From the NCBI GenBank assembly GCA_963665295.1, contig OY762209.1, positions 4,704,001-4,768,000 on the forward strand: 64,000 nt of DNA, in the 5' to 3' direction. The DNA is from Syntrophorhabdaceae bacterium. Lineage in GTDB: Bacteria; Desulfobacterota; Syntrophorhabdia; Syntrophorhabdales; Syntrophorhabdaceae. Numbering within the stretch: the first letter of the stretch is position 1; the number at the start of each line of letters is the position of its first letter. Made by a program: the position numbers and the translations under genes. A model generated the notes under the pieces. The model made no database searches. It saw only the letters and a program-made list of their open reading frames with translations, and was not told where the DNA came from. Positions 1-9,225 of this stretch are shown here, piece after piece.

Positions 1-391
1 CATCCACTTCCATCACGGGTCCCAGAGCACAACAACCGAGGCAGTTCACGGTCTGGAGGCTGAACTTCAGATCCAGGTCCGTCTCTCCCGGCTTGATCCC
101 CGTCAGGTCCTGAAGCGCGTCGAGGACGCGGGTCGCTCCGCGGACGTGGCAGGCGGTGCCCACACACACGTGGATCTCGTGGCGTCCCTTGGGAACCAGG
201 CTGAAGGCTTTGTAAAAGGTGGCGATGTGCTGAACCCGGGTCAGGGGGACCTCAAGCTTTTGGGCTACCCTCTCCAGGGCCTCTTTGGGGAGCCAGTGGT
301 TCTCGCTTTGGATCTCAAGGAGTACCTGAATGAGGGAGCTCGCCTCTCCGTGATGCTTTTCAATGATCTGATCGATTCTCTCGTTATCCAT
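1..391 (-). CDS. bamG: NuoE-like [2Fe-2S] subunit of class II benzoyl-CoA reductase (truncated by window edge)
   Basis: Manual translation from ATG at 391: MDNERIDQIIEKHHGEASSLIQVLL...HVCVGTACHVRG...VNCLGCCALGP, the NuoE Cys pattern; directly downstream of bamF. Confidence 0.85.
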   Translation of the reverse strand, partial: MDNERIDQIIEKHHGEASSLIQVLLEIQSENHWLPKEALERVAQKLEVPLTRVQHIATFYKAFSLVPKGRHEIHVCVGTACHVRGATRVLDALQDLTGIKPGETDLDLKFSLQTVNCLGCCALGPVMEVD

Positions 392-401
392 ATAATCTTC
401 C

Positions 402-1169
402 TTATGCAAGGGTATAGCACTTCTCGTTTACATCATACCTGACCAGTCCGTGTCGTGAAGAGGTGTTCATGTGCCGTGATACCTCGGAGGGGGTCAGGCC
501 CAGCTTTTCTGCCATCATGCCTGTGGAGAGGGGTTTCTCCTTGAGGAGCAGGAGAATCTCGCTCATGGCAAGCTTATCGAGGACCAGGGTATTGAAGAGC
601 TTGCCGAACTCGTCGCTCGAAAAGAACTGCTGGTATGCTTCTTTCGATTTGACGGGCAGCCTCAGCCTCTCCCTTTCCACCAGCCTGAGATACGGCACCA
701 GGCTCGATACTGCGTCGAGTTTGGCCTTGAGGGCCGCCTTGTCCAATCCCTCGCTTTTGCCGAGGGGTCCTAAGTCTTTTATCTGCTTGCCGAACTCGTT
801 CATGGTCTCGGCAAAAAGGATGCCTTCGCCGCCCGACATGAACTCGATCTTCAGCCTGTCGGGATTGAGGCCTATGTGTTTCATGAGCCTCTTGCCCAGG
901 TAGGCCATGCTCAGTGCATGGAAATTCCCGTGGGTGATGTAGTTGCACTCGTTAAGATGGCACCCGACGATGAATACCCCGTCCGCCCCTTTCGAGAAGG
1001 CCCGTACTACGTAGGACAGATCGAGTCTGCCCGTGCACATGACGCGGATAAGTCGTATATCAGTGTTATATTGTAGTCTGGAAACTCCAGCCAGGTCAGC
1101 CGCCCCGTAGCCTCACCAGTGACAGACAAAGCCTATTATTTTCGGTTTGAATTTCAGCGCTGCACTCAT
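402..1169 (-). CDS. bamF: MvhD-like Fe-S selenoprotein (U19) with C-terminal winged-HTH extension
   Basis: ORF 402..1040 extends in frame through TGA 1113-1115 to ATG 1169: MSAALKFKPKIIGFVCHW-U-GYGAADLAG...MCTGR...GCHLNEC, with UGA at the conserved CxWC Cys. Confidence 0.9.
1078..1090 (-). promoter_or_regulatory. putative bacterial SECIS hairpin of bamF
   Basis: CUGGA-GUU-UCCAG hairpin with G in the loop, starting 22 nt after the UGA. Confidence 0.55.
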
Positions 1170-1199
1170 TAGTTCCCACCTCCCTTGATAAAATTCCTG

Positions 1200-4100
1200 C
1201 TACGCATCTCCCACCGCCTCGTCCTCCGGGAGGGCCGCATCGATCTGGCTTATGATCTCCTCGTCGGTAAAGTGTTTCAGTGAAATGGCCTCTGTTCCGC
1301 ACACGGTGTTGCAGAGACCGTCTCCCTTGCAGAGCACGGGGTTGACCCTCGCCTTTCTGCCGTCCGGTGTGTCATAGAAATCTATGGCGCCGTACTCGCA
1401 CACGGTGATGCATGCGCCGCACGAGATGCACTTGTTCTCATCCACCTCACATATGGAGCCCGAGGCGGTGACGATGTCGCGGGAGAGGAGCGTTAAGGCC
1501 CGGCCCGCGGCGCCGTAGGACTGGTTGATCGTCTCCTGGATGAACTTCGGGTAGTGGGCGATGCCGCAGAGGTAGACACCGTCCGTGCCGAATTCGACGG
1601 GCCGCAATTTTACGTGGGCTTCCTTGAACCAGTCGTCGGGTCCCAAAGAGACCTTGAACTGGAGGGAGATGTCCTTGTTCCCCGCGGAGGGGACGATGGC
1701 CGCGGCGAGGGCGAGCACATCGGCGTCGAGTTCGAGTTCCTTGCCCAGGATATAATCGACGGCAGTGACTTTGAGCACGGGACGTCCGTCCTCGGCCTCA
1801 CCGGGCTCCACCCGGGGCGGGGCTTCCGGCTCGTAGCGGATGAACCTCACGTCCTTGTTTGCCGCTTCCCGGTAATAGTCTTCCCTGAACCCGTAGGTCC
1901 TCATATCCCTGAAGAGGACGTAAATGTCCATGGCGGGATTGAGCGCCTTCAGGCTGAGGGCGTTCTTCACGGACTGGCTGCAGCAGATCCTCGCGCAGTA
2001 GTTCCTGTCCTCGTTCCTGCAGCCCACGCACTGGATCATGACCAGGCTCTGGGCCTTGGTTACCTTCTCATCGGCGGCGGTGATCTTCTCTTCCAGCTCG
2101 AGGCCGGTCATTACCCGCTCGTCTTCACCGTAGAGGTACTCGGTGGGCTTGTATTCATCGGCGCCTGTCGCGATGACCGCGGCGCCGTGCTTTATCTCGG
2201 TTATTCCCCTGTCGGACTTTATCTTCGTCACGAAGTTACCCACGTAACCCGTGCCTTCCAGGATCACGGCGTTCGTATATACGTGGATCAGGGGGTTCTT
2301 GAATACCTTGTCCATGGTCTCGCGGAGGAAGGCCTGGACATCGAGTCCTTCCAGGGTGGTGCTGATCCTTCTCGCGATACCGCCTAATTCCTTTTCTCTC
2401 TCCAGGAGGTAGACCTCGTGGCCCTGGTCCGCGATGGAGAGGGAACATGTCATGCCCGCGATGCCTCCGCCTACTACCAGGGCGGTCTTGTTGACGGGCA
2501 GGTCGATCTCTTGTAAGGGCGCCAGATGGCGGGCCCGCGCCACGGACATGCGGATAATGTCCTTGGCCTTTTCCGTGGCTTCTTCCTTTTCACGGGCGTG
2601 CACCCAGGAGCAGTGCTCCCTGATGTTTGCCATGTCGTAGTAGTACTGGTTGATCCCCGCCTCGCGGAGGGTGTCCCTGAACAGGGGTTCGAGGGTCCTG
2701 GGCGAGCAGGCGGCAACGATCACGCGGTTGAGTCCCTTCTCTTTGGTCACGTCCGTGATCTCTCGCGCGGAGTTGGTGGCGCAGGAGAATATCTGCTGCT
2801 GGGCGTGGACCACGTTGGGGAGGCTCAAGGCGTATTCCACCGCCGAGGGAACGCTTACGATCCTGCTGATGTTGGCGCCGCAGTGACATACGAAGACGCC
2901 GATCCTCGGCTCTTCCTGGGAGACGTCTCTCTCGGGAGGATAGATCCTCTCTTTGGCGAGGTCGCCTCTGCGGTAGTCAAGGAGCGCGCCTACCTGGGAA
3001 CCGGCGCCGCTTGCGGAGAATACCGACTCGGGTATATCCACGGGACCCTGGAAACCGCCGCTTACAAAGATGCCGGGCCTGCTCGTCTCCATGGGGTTCA
3101 CGGGATTGATCTTGCAGAATTCATGGTCGTTGAGCTCGATGCCGAACTTCTCCGCCAGGCCCTTCACATCCTTGGGAGGATTGAGGCCCACGGAGAGGAC
3201 GACCATCTCGAACTCTTCTTCCTTTACCCCGTCATCGGGGGTGGAGTACCGTATGCTTACGTTCTTCGTGACAGGGTCTTCCTTCCCTATGGACACGTAG
3301 CTTCTGAAGAAGCGCACGCCGGGAAGTTTGTCCGTTCTCTCGAAGAAGCGCTCGAAGTCCTTGCCGTAGGAACGGACGTCATTATGGAAAATGGTGCACT
3401 CCGCACCTGCGTCATGCTCCTTGGTGAGGATCACCTGTTTCTGCGTGTAGGTACAGCAGACAGCCGAACAATAGCTGTTGCCGCCCTCGATTACCTGACG
3501 GGAACCGACGCACTGAATCCAGGCAATCTTGTGGGGGTGCTTCTTGTCGGAAGCACGGAGTATCTCGCCCTGGTAGGGGCCCGTGGCGGACAGAAGACGC
3601 TCGAAGTCCATGCTCGTGACCACGTTCTCGAACTTCCCGTATCCGTAGTCTTCACGGAGCTTGGGATCGAAGGGCTCAAGACCGGAGGAGAGAATGATGG
3701 CGCCTACGTTGATGTCCACCTTCTCCGCCGTCTGGTTGAAATCTATGGCGTCGTTCTTACATACCGCCTCGCAGATGCGGCACTTTTTCTCCTTGAGGTA
3801 AAGACAGCTCTCATCTATATACGTGATAAGGGGAATCGCCTGGGCGAAATAAACGTGAACCGCCTTGTTCTTGGATATATCCTGGTTGAACTGATCAGGG
3901 TATTTGACGGGGCAGTACTCCACACAGACCGTACAACCCGTGCACTTGTCCTCCCGGATGTACCGGGGCTTCCTGTTCAGTGTTACGTTAAAGTTACCTT
4001 CCTCGCCAATGACGTTCTCTACATCAGTGTACGTCAGTACTTCTATATTCGGATGCCGGCCGACCTCGACCAGTTTAGGTGCGAGTATTCACATCGAGCA

Positions 4101-4319
4101 GTCGTTGGTCGGAAAGGTCTTGTCAAGCTGAGCCATGTGGCCGCCGATGGACGGCGACTTCTCAACAAGGTAGACCTTGAAACCCGCAGTGCCGAGATCG
4201 AGGGCGGCCTGAATACCGCTGATCCCGCCACCGACTACCAGGACATCTCCGAAATTACTCTCCTCGAAGCTCTTGCACAGAATATCGACTTGTTCTTTTT
4301 CAGAAAATTGTTTTTCCAC
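1200..4319 (-). CDS. bamE: HdrA-like flavin/Fe-S selenoprotein (U77), 1039 aa, of class II benzoyl-CoA reductase
   Basis: ORFs 4089..4319 and 1200..3923 are in frame, joined by one TGA (4089-4091) in [17 protein letters not shown]; two GGGxxG FAD sites, CVGSR/CSAVCC, ferredoxin motifs. Confidence 0.92.
4056..4073 (-). promoter_or_regulatory. putative bacterial SECIS hairpin of bamE
   Basis: CUGGUCG-AGGU-CGGCCGG stem-loop starting 15 nt after the UGA. Confidence 0.6.
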
Positions 4320-4354
4320 TTTCTACCACCTCATCAGGTTTTATATACCCGTAC

Positions 4355-4384
4355 TACCATGGAGCGCTTTCACGCTCCATGGTA
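4355..4384. repeat. perfect 12-bp inverted repeat in the bamD-bamE spacer
   Basis: TACCATGGAGCG-ctttca-CGCTCCATGGTA. Confidence 0.8.
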
Positions 4385-4400
4385 TCCTCTGAATAACTCT

Positions 4401-5552
4401 TTAAATGACTTCCGCGAGAATCTCCGTAATATCCTTGACCTCTATGGCCTCACCGTAACCCATGACCAGTCTGCTGTCTTCAAGGGCGGTGATGCAATAG
4501 GGACACGCGGTGGCCAGTACGTCGGCCTTGAGCCCCACGGCCTGATCGAGCCTCAGGTTCGAGAACCGGTCGTCCTTCAGTGTTTCCATCCAGACCCTGC
4601 CTCCACCCATACCGCAGCAGAGACTCTCTTCCCGTATCTCGGGCAACTCGACAAACTCCAGTCCGGGTATCTTCTTAAGGACGTCCCGGGGCTCATCATA
4701 TATACCATTGTGGCGGCCCAGGTAGCAAGGATCATGGTAGGTTATCCTCTTCGCATATTCCTTGTCGATCTCGAGCCTTCCCTCGTTAATGAGCTCAAAG
4801 AGAAACTGGGAGATGTGGACCACCTCGAAGTTGACCTTGAACTGGGCATACTCGTTTTTGAATGTATGATAACAATGGGGGGAGGACACAAGGATCTTCT
4901 TCACCCCGTTATCGATGAAAGTCTTGATGTTTTCCTTGGCAAGGCGTTTGAAGAGATCCTCGTTGCCGGTCTTCCGGATGCTCTCTCCGCAGCAGCTTTC
5001 CTTCTCGCCGAGTATCCCGAAATCCACCCCTGCCTTGTTGAGGATACGGACCGTGGCCTGAGCCACCTTCTTCAACCTCGGGTCATAACTGCAGTAGCAG
5101 TCCGGGAAATAGAGAATCTCCATGCCTTCTTTAAAGGCCTTTACATTGAGGCCCTCTGCCCACTCCGCCCTTTTTGACCGGTCTTCGCCGAAGGGGTTGC
5201 CCTGGGCGGCAAGGCCGGACGCTACGGCGCGCACGGGTTTTACATGGGCGGGGAACACGCCGTATCCCGTGGCCATTCTCCTCAACGCTACCATGTTGTC
5301 TATCTGCTTCACGTCCCTCGGGCACCGCTGGGGGCACTTTCCGCAGGTCGTGCAGCGCCAGATCTCCTCGCGCTCTATCTCACTCAACCCGAATGTAGCC
5401 TCTCGGATCAGCTTGCGCATGCTAAAGGTTCTTACCCTGTTCCAGGGACAGACGGTGTCGCACTTTCCGCATTGGTAGCAGAATTTTACGGCCTCTCCAC
5501 CCTTTTCCTTTACCTCATCTATTACCTCTTTGAAGGGGGCTACAGTTTCCAC
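4401..5552 (-). CDS. bamD: HdrC/HdrD-like Fe-S protein with CCG domains
   Basis: CYQCGKCDTVCP and CTTCGKCPQRCP, ESCCG, YHDPCYLGR, CCGMGGG; position in the bam cluster. Confidence 0.88.
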   Translation of the reverse strand: METVAPFKEVIDEVKEKGGEAVKFCYQCGKCDTVCPWNRVRTFSMRKLIREATFGLSEIEREEIWRCTTCGKCPQRCPRDVKQIDNMVALRRMATGYGVFPAHVKPVRAVASGLAAQGNPFGEDRSKRAEWAEGLNVKAFKEGMEILYFPDCYCSYDPRLKKVAQATVRILNKAGVDFGILGEKESCCGESIRKTGNEDLFKRLAKENIKTFIDNGVKKILVSSPHCYHTFKNEYAQFKVNFEVVHISQFLFELINEGRLEIDKEYAKRITYHDPCYLGRHNGIYDEPRDVLKKIPGLEFVELPEIREESLCCGMGGGRVWMETLKDDRFSNLRLDQAVGLKADVLATACPYCITALEDSRLVMGYGEAIEVKDITEILAEVI

Positions 5553-5575
5553 GTTATTTATCCTCTTCTTTTGCC

Positions 5576-6121
5576 TTAGTTGGTTTCTTTCTGTGACATG
5601 CGGGCAATGGCATCGATCACTTTTTCTCTGCCAAACTTGTCAATCATTGACTCAAGCCCCAGCACCACGTCCTCTACCTTCTCGTCTTCCTCTACCTCTT
5701 CTTCCCGTTCCTCGTACTTCAGGACATCATTCATGCACACCTGAACACAAAGGGGCAACTCGCCTTCCGCCTCGTCTTCACACATATCACACTTGAGAGG
5801 CAGGCCTGAATCAGGCTCTTTGAAGAAGTCTCTGGACGGACACGCGGCTCTACAGAAGGTACATTCCTCGTATTCCTTGCCGTCGATGATATACTGATCT
5901 CTGCCCATACACTCCGCCGGCGTATACTCGCCTGCAAACACCGGAAGCCATATGTCCTTTGTCCGGTGAGTGACCACCTGGATACGAGACCTTGCCGGAT
6001 TAACACTGCTGTATTTCGGCGTTGCGTGAGCCGTCGAGCAAACTATCTCGCATCCCCGGCAACCATTGCACTTATCCGCATCAATCTTGATTGTCTTGAC
6101 TTTCTTCTTAATCTTGGCCAT
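5576..6121 (-). CDS. bamC: benzoyl-CoA reductase Fe-S subunit
   Basis: CNGCRGCEIVC, CTFCRAACP, CDMC..CVQVC; overlaps the bamB stop. Confidence 0.9.
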   Translation of the reverse strand: MAKIKKKVKTIKIDADKCNGCRGCEIVCSTAHATPKYSSVNPARSRIQVVTHRTKDIWLPVFAGEYTPAECMGRDQYIIDGKEYEECTFCRAACPSRDFFKEPDSGLPLKCDMCEDEAEGELPLCVQVCMNDVLKYEEREEEVEEDEKVEDVVLGLESMIDKFGREKVIDAIARMSQKETN

Positions 6122-8078
6122 TTTTCAATATACCTCTCTGTTCTAAGTCGTCTGCGACGTATCCTAAATCCAACTCCTCCAACCTTTCTCGTGTGGGGAT
6201 ACCGTCGTCATTCCAGCCTTTATATTTGTAGTACGTACTCAAGAGTTGCTGCTCGAGCTCGGGGAATCTCTTCTTCCAGTGGTCTTCCGGTGGCTTCTCA
6301 TCGGCTCTCCTCAGACCCAATCTCACGTTATACGCCCTGTGCAGATTCCGGCTCCTGTTGACTATCTTCTTCAGCCCGGCTTCGTCTATGTCCATGCCCG
6401 TGGCCGCGGAAATCAAAAGCGGGAAATTATGTATATGATATGGAGGTTTCAGACAGAACGACGACATACCTGCGCACATTCCGACTGCGTCATCGATGTT
6501 GTGGAGCATTTCCATCCAATCTACAATCTCCGAACACATGTCAGGAGTCGGGAAATAGGGGATGGCCTTTTCTCCACGAGGCTCCCAATCCAGCAAGTAT
6601 TGCTTCATATGTTCACTCGGAAGCTGAGGCCAATCCTTAACGAAACCTTCTCTCTGCTCCATTGTGGGGAAAGCTGCCTGAGGCCAGTTACCTTCGATCT
6701 GGGTGATACTTATCTTTTCGTTGGTAGCATACATGAGGAAATAGAGAGGATCCAGGACGCCCAGCTTCAAAGGAAGCTGCTCGTGTTTCTTGATGGTATT
6801 ATGATCAAACGCCTCTGCGCCGTTCCCGATCTTTCGGGCCGCGGCATAGACGCCGTCCGCAAGAATATCTCCAATTCCCTCGCGGCGGACGACCCTGTCA
6901 AGAAGCCAGAAGAATCTCCCTTCCTTATCCTGCGGGCACCCTTCGAAGTCCTTGTCGGTCAGAATTCCGGCTTCATAGAGCTCAACGGCGAAGGCCAGAA
7001 TCTGTGGGGTCGAAAATGAATCCACTCCATACTCCGTGGCACGCTGAAGGATTCTGAAGTTAAAACCCAAGTCGTCTACATAGGATGCCATACAATAGGT
7101 GAGCTTGCCGAAGCACTTTGCCATGTACCGCGGGGTATCCTGGTAGGAGATCAATGCGCCGCAATGCTGGGGACAGTTGAAGCAGCTTATCAACCGCTTT
7201 ATGGCGCTTAATTGGGTCGACGGCCATTGCACGTTGATATTCTCGTCCCAGAATCCCCTTCTACGGGTACGGGCATTTCCCCACATGAAGTTCTCTGTGT
7301 GCCACTTCTCATCAGTGTGCACCATCTCCTGGGGCGACCCGATTCCGGACAGAATGGTCATTACGTCAGGAATGGGGTTTGTGTTCCGATACTTTATGTA
7401 GTCCGTCACGCCTTTCATGTGCTCCATGAACTCGGCGCCGCGGGCAAGGTTCAGGTCCTTCGTTCCGCGTACGGCTATGGCCTTTATCTTCTTGTCTCCC
7501 ATGACCGCGCCGCCGCCGAGCCTGCTGGCGCTTGACCTCGACTGCTCGATGGAAGCCGTGAAGCACCTGTTTTCACCGGCCAAACCGATGGCGGCCACCT
7601 GGGCATTGGGCTCGTTCAGTTCCTTCCGGATCAGGTCCTGCGTTTCCACAGCCCCTCTACCTTTCAGATGGGAAGCATCACGGAGTTCTACCTTGTCGTT
7701 GTGTATCCATAAGTAAACCCACTTAGGCGACTTGTTGCGAAAAACCACCTTATCGTACCCGGCGTACTTCAGTTCCGCCGACCAGAACCCTCCCATCATG
7801 GGATACGCCAGATACCCCGACTCAGGAGAAATAAAGGTGACAACAGTCCGGTTGGCGCTGAAAGCGGGGGTGCCGTTGAATAAACCGGTGCTGAATATCA
7901 AAAGATTCTCAGGATCAAATGGTTTAGTCTCAGGCGGAACCCTATCCCAGTGCATCTTGACGCTGGTTCCCAGCCCCCCGAGATGAAGTTCGGTTAGTTT
8001 CGGGTCGGTTTCTACCCTCTCGATGTTCCCTGTGGCTAGATCAATTTCTAAGTTATACCCAGTTTCTGCGTATCTCAT
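6108..8078 (-). CDS. bamB: tungsten-dependent class II benzoyl-CoA reductase catalytic subunit (AOR family)
   Basis: N-terminus MRYAETGY, DEKWHTENF, CFNCPQHC, KCFGK (C322), KKHEQLPLKL match my recollection of Geobacter BamB. Confidence 0.93.
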   Translation of the reverse strand: MRYAETGYNLEIDLATGNIERVETDPKLTELHLGGLGTSVKMHWDRVPPETKPFDPENLLIFSTGLFNGTPAFSANRTVVTFISPESGYLAYPMMGGFWSAELKYAGYDKVVFRNKSPKWVYLWIHNDKVELRDASHLKGRGAVETQDLIRKELNEPNAQVAAIGLAGENRCFTASIEQSRSSASRLGGGAVMGDKKIKAIAVRGTKDLNLARGAEFMEHMKGVTDYIKYRNTNPIPDVMTILSGIGSPQEMVHTDEKWHTENFMWGNARTRRRGFWDENINVQWPSTQLSAIKRLISCFNCPQHCGALISYQDTPRYMAKCFGKLTYCMASYVDDLGFNFRILQRATEYGVDSFSTPQILAFAVELYEAGILTDKDFEGCPQDKEGRFFWLLDRVVRREGIGDILADGVYAAARKIGNGAEAFDHNTIKKHEQLPLKLGVLDPLYFLMYATNEKISITQIEGNWPQAAFPTMEQREGFVKDWPQLPSEHMKQYLLDWEPRGEKAIPYFPTPDMCSEIVDWMEMLHNIDDAVGMCAGMSSFCLKPPYHIHNFPLLISAATGMDIDEAGLKKIVNRSRNLHRAYNVRLGLRRADEKPPEDHWKKRFPELEQQLLSTYYKYKGWNDDGIPTRERLEELDLGYVADDLEQRGILKNGQD

Positions 8079-8118
8079 TTTTGGCTCCTATAATACCTGT
8101 GGTTGATCATTCTCTACT

Positions 8119-8180
8119 ATTGTGAATAAAATATCAAAACGAAACTTTCCTGTCAAGACAAATAGGAAAAAATTCACAAT
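8119..8180 (-). promoter_or_regulatory. sigma70-like bam promoter flanked by a 9-bp inverted repeat
   Basis: Minus strand TTGACA(8156-8151)-17 nt-TATTTT; ATTGTGAAT 8119-8127 and ATTCACAAT 8172-8180. Confidence 0.55.
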
Positions 8181-8469
8181 GAAAAACTACGATCAGGTAT
8201 AATACAACTCAAATGTCTTATAACAACTTCCACTACGACTTATGATACCCTTTTGATCCATATCCGCGGCGGGCATGACGGTTCGGACAGCCTGTATCTG
8301 CCGCCCTATTCCGGCCATCGCCCCTTCAGTCGAATGCGTCCCTTGCACAGCGCCGGCAAGCAATGATCGGGTGATCCGGGCGCATCGAGGGAGAGGGAAC
8401 GTGCAACCGACCCGGGTCGAAGAACGATGACCATAAGGAATTTATGTTCCCATTTCGATCGCGGTAGCG

Positions 8470-8498
8470 TTGACAATGTCGTGCATTTCATCTATCAT
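8470..8498 (+). promoter_or_regulatory. sigma70 promoter
   Basis: TTGACA-17 nt-TATCAT, 55 nt before ORF 8554. Confidence 0.65.
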
Positions 8499-8553
8499 TA
8501 ATTGACTTATCAGGAGTTAGCCTGTTGTCAATCAACATTTCAGGAGACCAGCA

Positions 8554-8739
8554 ATGAGCGAAAATGAAAAACTCGTACTAGACACAGCCCGGTTACGCGA
8601 AGACAACAAGAAGATACTTGCCTGTGCGCAGGCAGTGAAGTTATCAAAGGAACACGACATCTCTTTGAAGGAGATCGGCGAGATATGTAACCGCCTCGGA
8701 GTCAAGGTGATTGAATGTCAACTCGGCTGCTTCAAATAG
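8554..8739 (+). CDS. small Cys-containing protein (C..C..CQLGCF), probable metal binding
   Basis: AGGAG RBS, 61 aa, four Cys, C-terminal CQLGCF. Confidence 0.8.
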   Translation: MSENEKLVLDTARLREDNKKILACAQAVKLSKEHDISLKEIGEICNRLGVKVIECQLGCFK

Positions 8740-8740
8740 C

Positions 8741-9166
8741 ATGAAGATCATTGTCGTTTCGGGCGCTCGTTCAAATGTCGGGAAGACACATCTTTCGCGT
8801 GCGCTGTGCGACATGCTCCCTGGAGCCGTGCGGGTAAAAATAGGCCATCATGCGCGTAAACCGGGCGGCGACAGCAATCTGTACCCCATGGGAACCGGCC
8901 TTTCGACCATAGCCGCCCAGCACGGCGATGCAGATTTTCTCATTATCGAGAGCAACCGCATACTTGAGGAGATAAGCCCCGAGTGTGCGATTTACCTCGA
9001 GGCGGACAATGCGAAGCCGTCCGCCGAAATTGCGAGAAAGAAGGCCGATATCGTCCGGGGCGAACCCGTTCCTGCATCAAAAATATCCCTCCTTGCCAAA
9101 CGGACAGGGTGTGATGAATCAGTCATCCGGAAGATCGTGAAGCTATCGGGGGCGCGGGAAGAATAA
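8741..9166 (+). CDS. P-loop protein, MobB-like
   Basis: MKIIVVSGARSNVGKT Walker A; starts 1 nt after the previous stop. Confidence 0.7.
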   Translation: MKIIVVSGARSNVGKTHLSRALCDMLPGAVRVKIGHHARKPGGDSNLYPMGTGLSTIAAQHGDADFLIIESNRILEEISPECAIYLEADNAKPSAEIARKKADIVRGEPVPASKISLLAKRTGCDESVIRKIVKLSGAREE

Positions 9167-9225
9167 CGCGGGACTTAGTTTGCGCAACTTATAACAAGGG
9201 GTATAAAGCTCAATCGACGTTCCTG

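Noticed and set aside
4089..4091. Nonsense mutation/pseudogene reading of bamE, bamF and moeB
   Set aside because: All three stops are TGA at conserved Cys positions with downstream hairpins and intact frames, favouring Sec
2526..5177. 883-aa plus-strand ORF (and similar long shadow ORFs such as 20011-20937, 59806-60921, 61470-62636)
   Set aside because: Antisense to clearly recognisable genes; no motifs; typical GC-rich shadow frames
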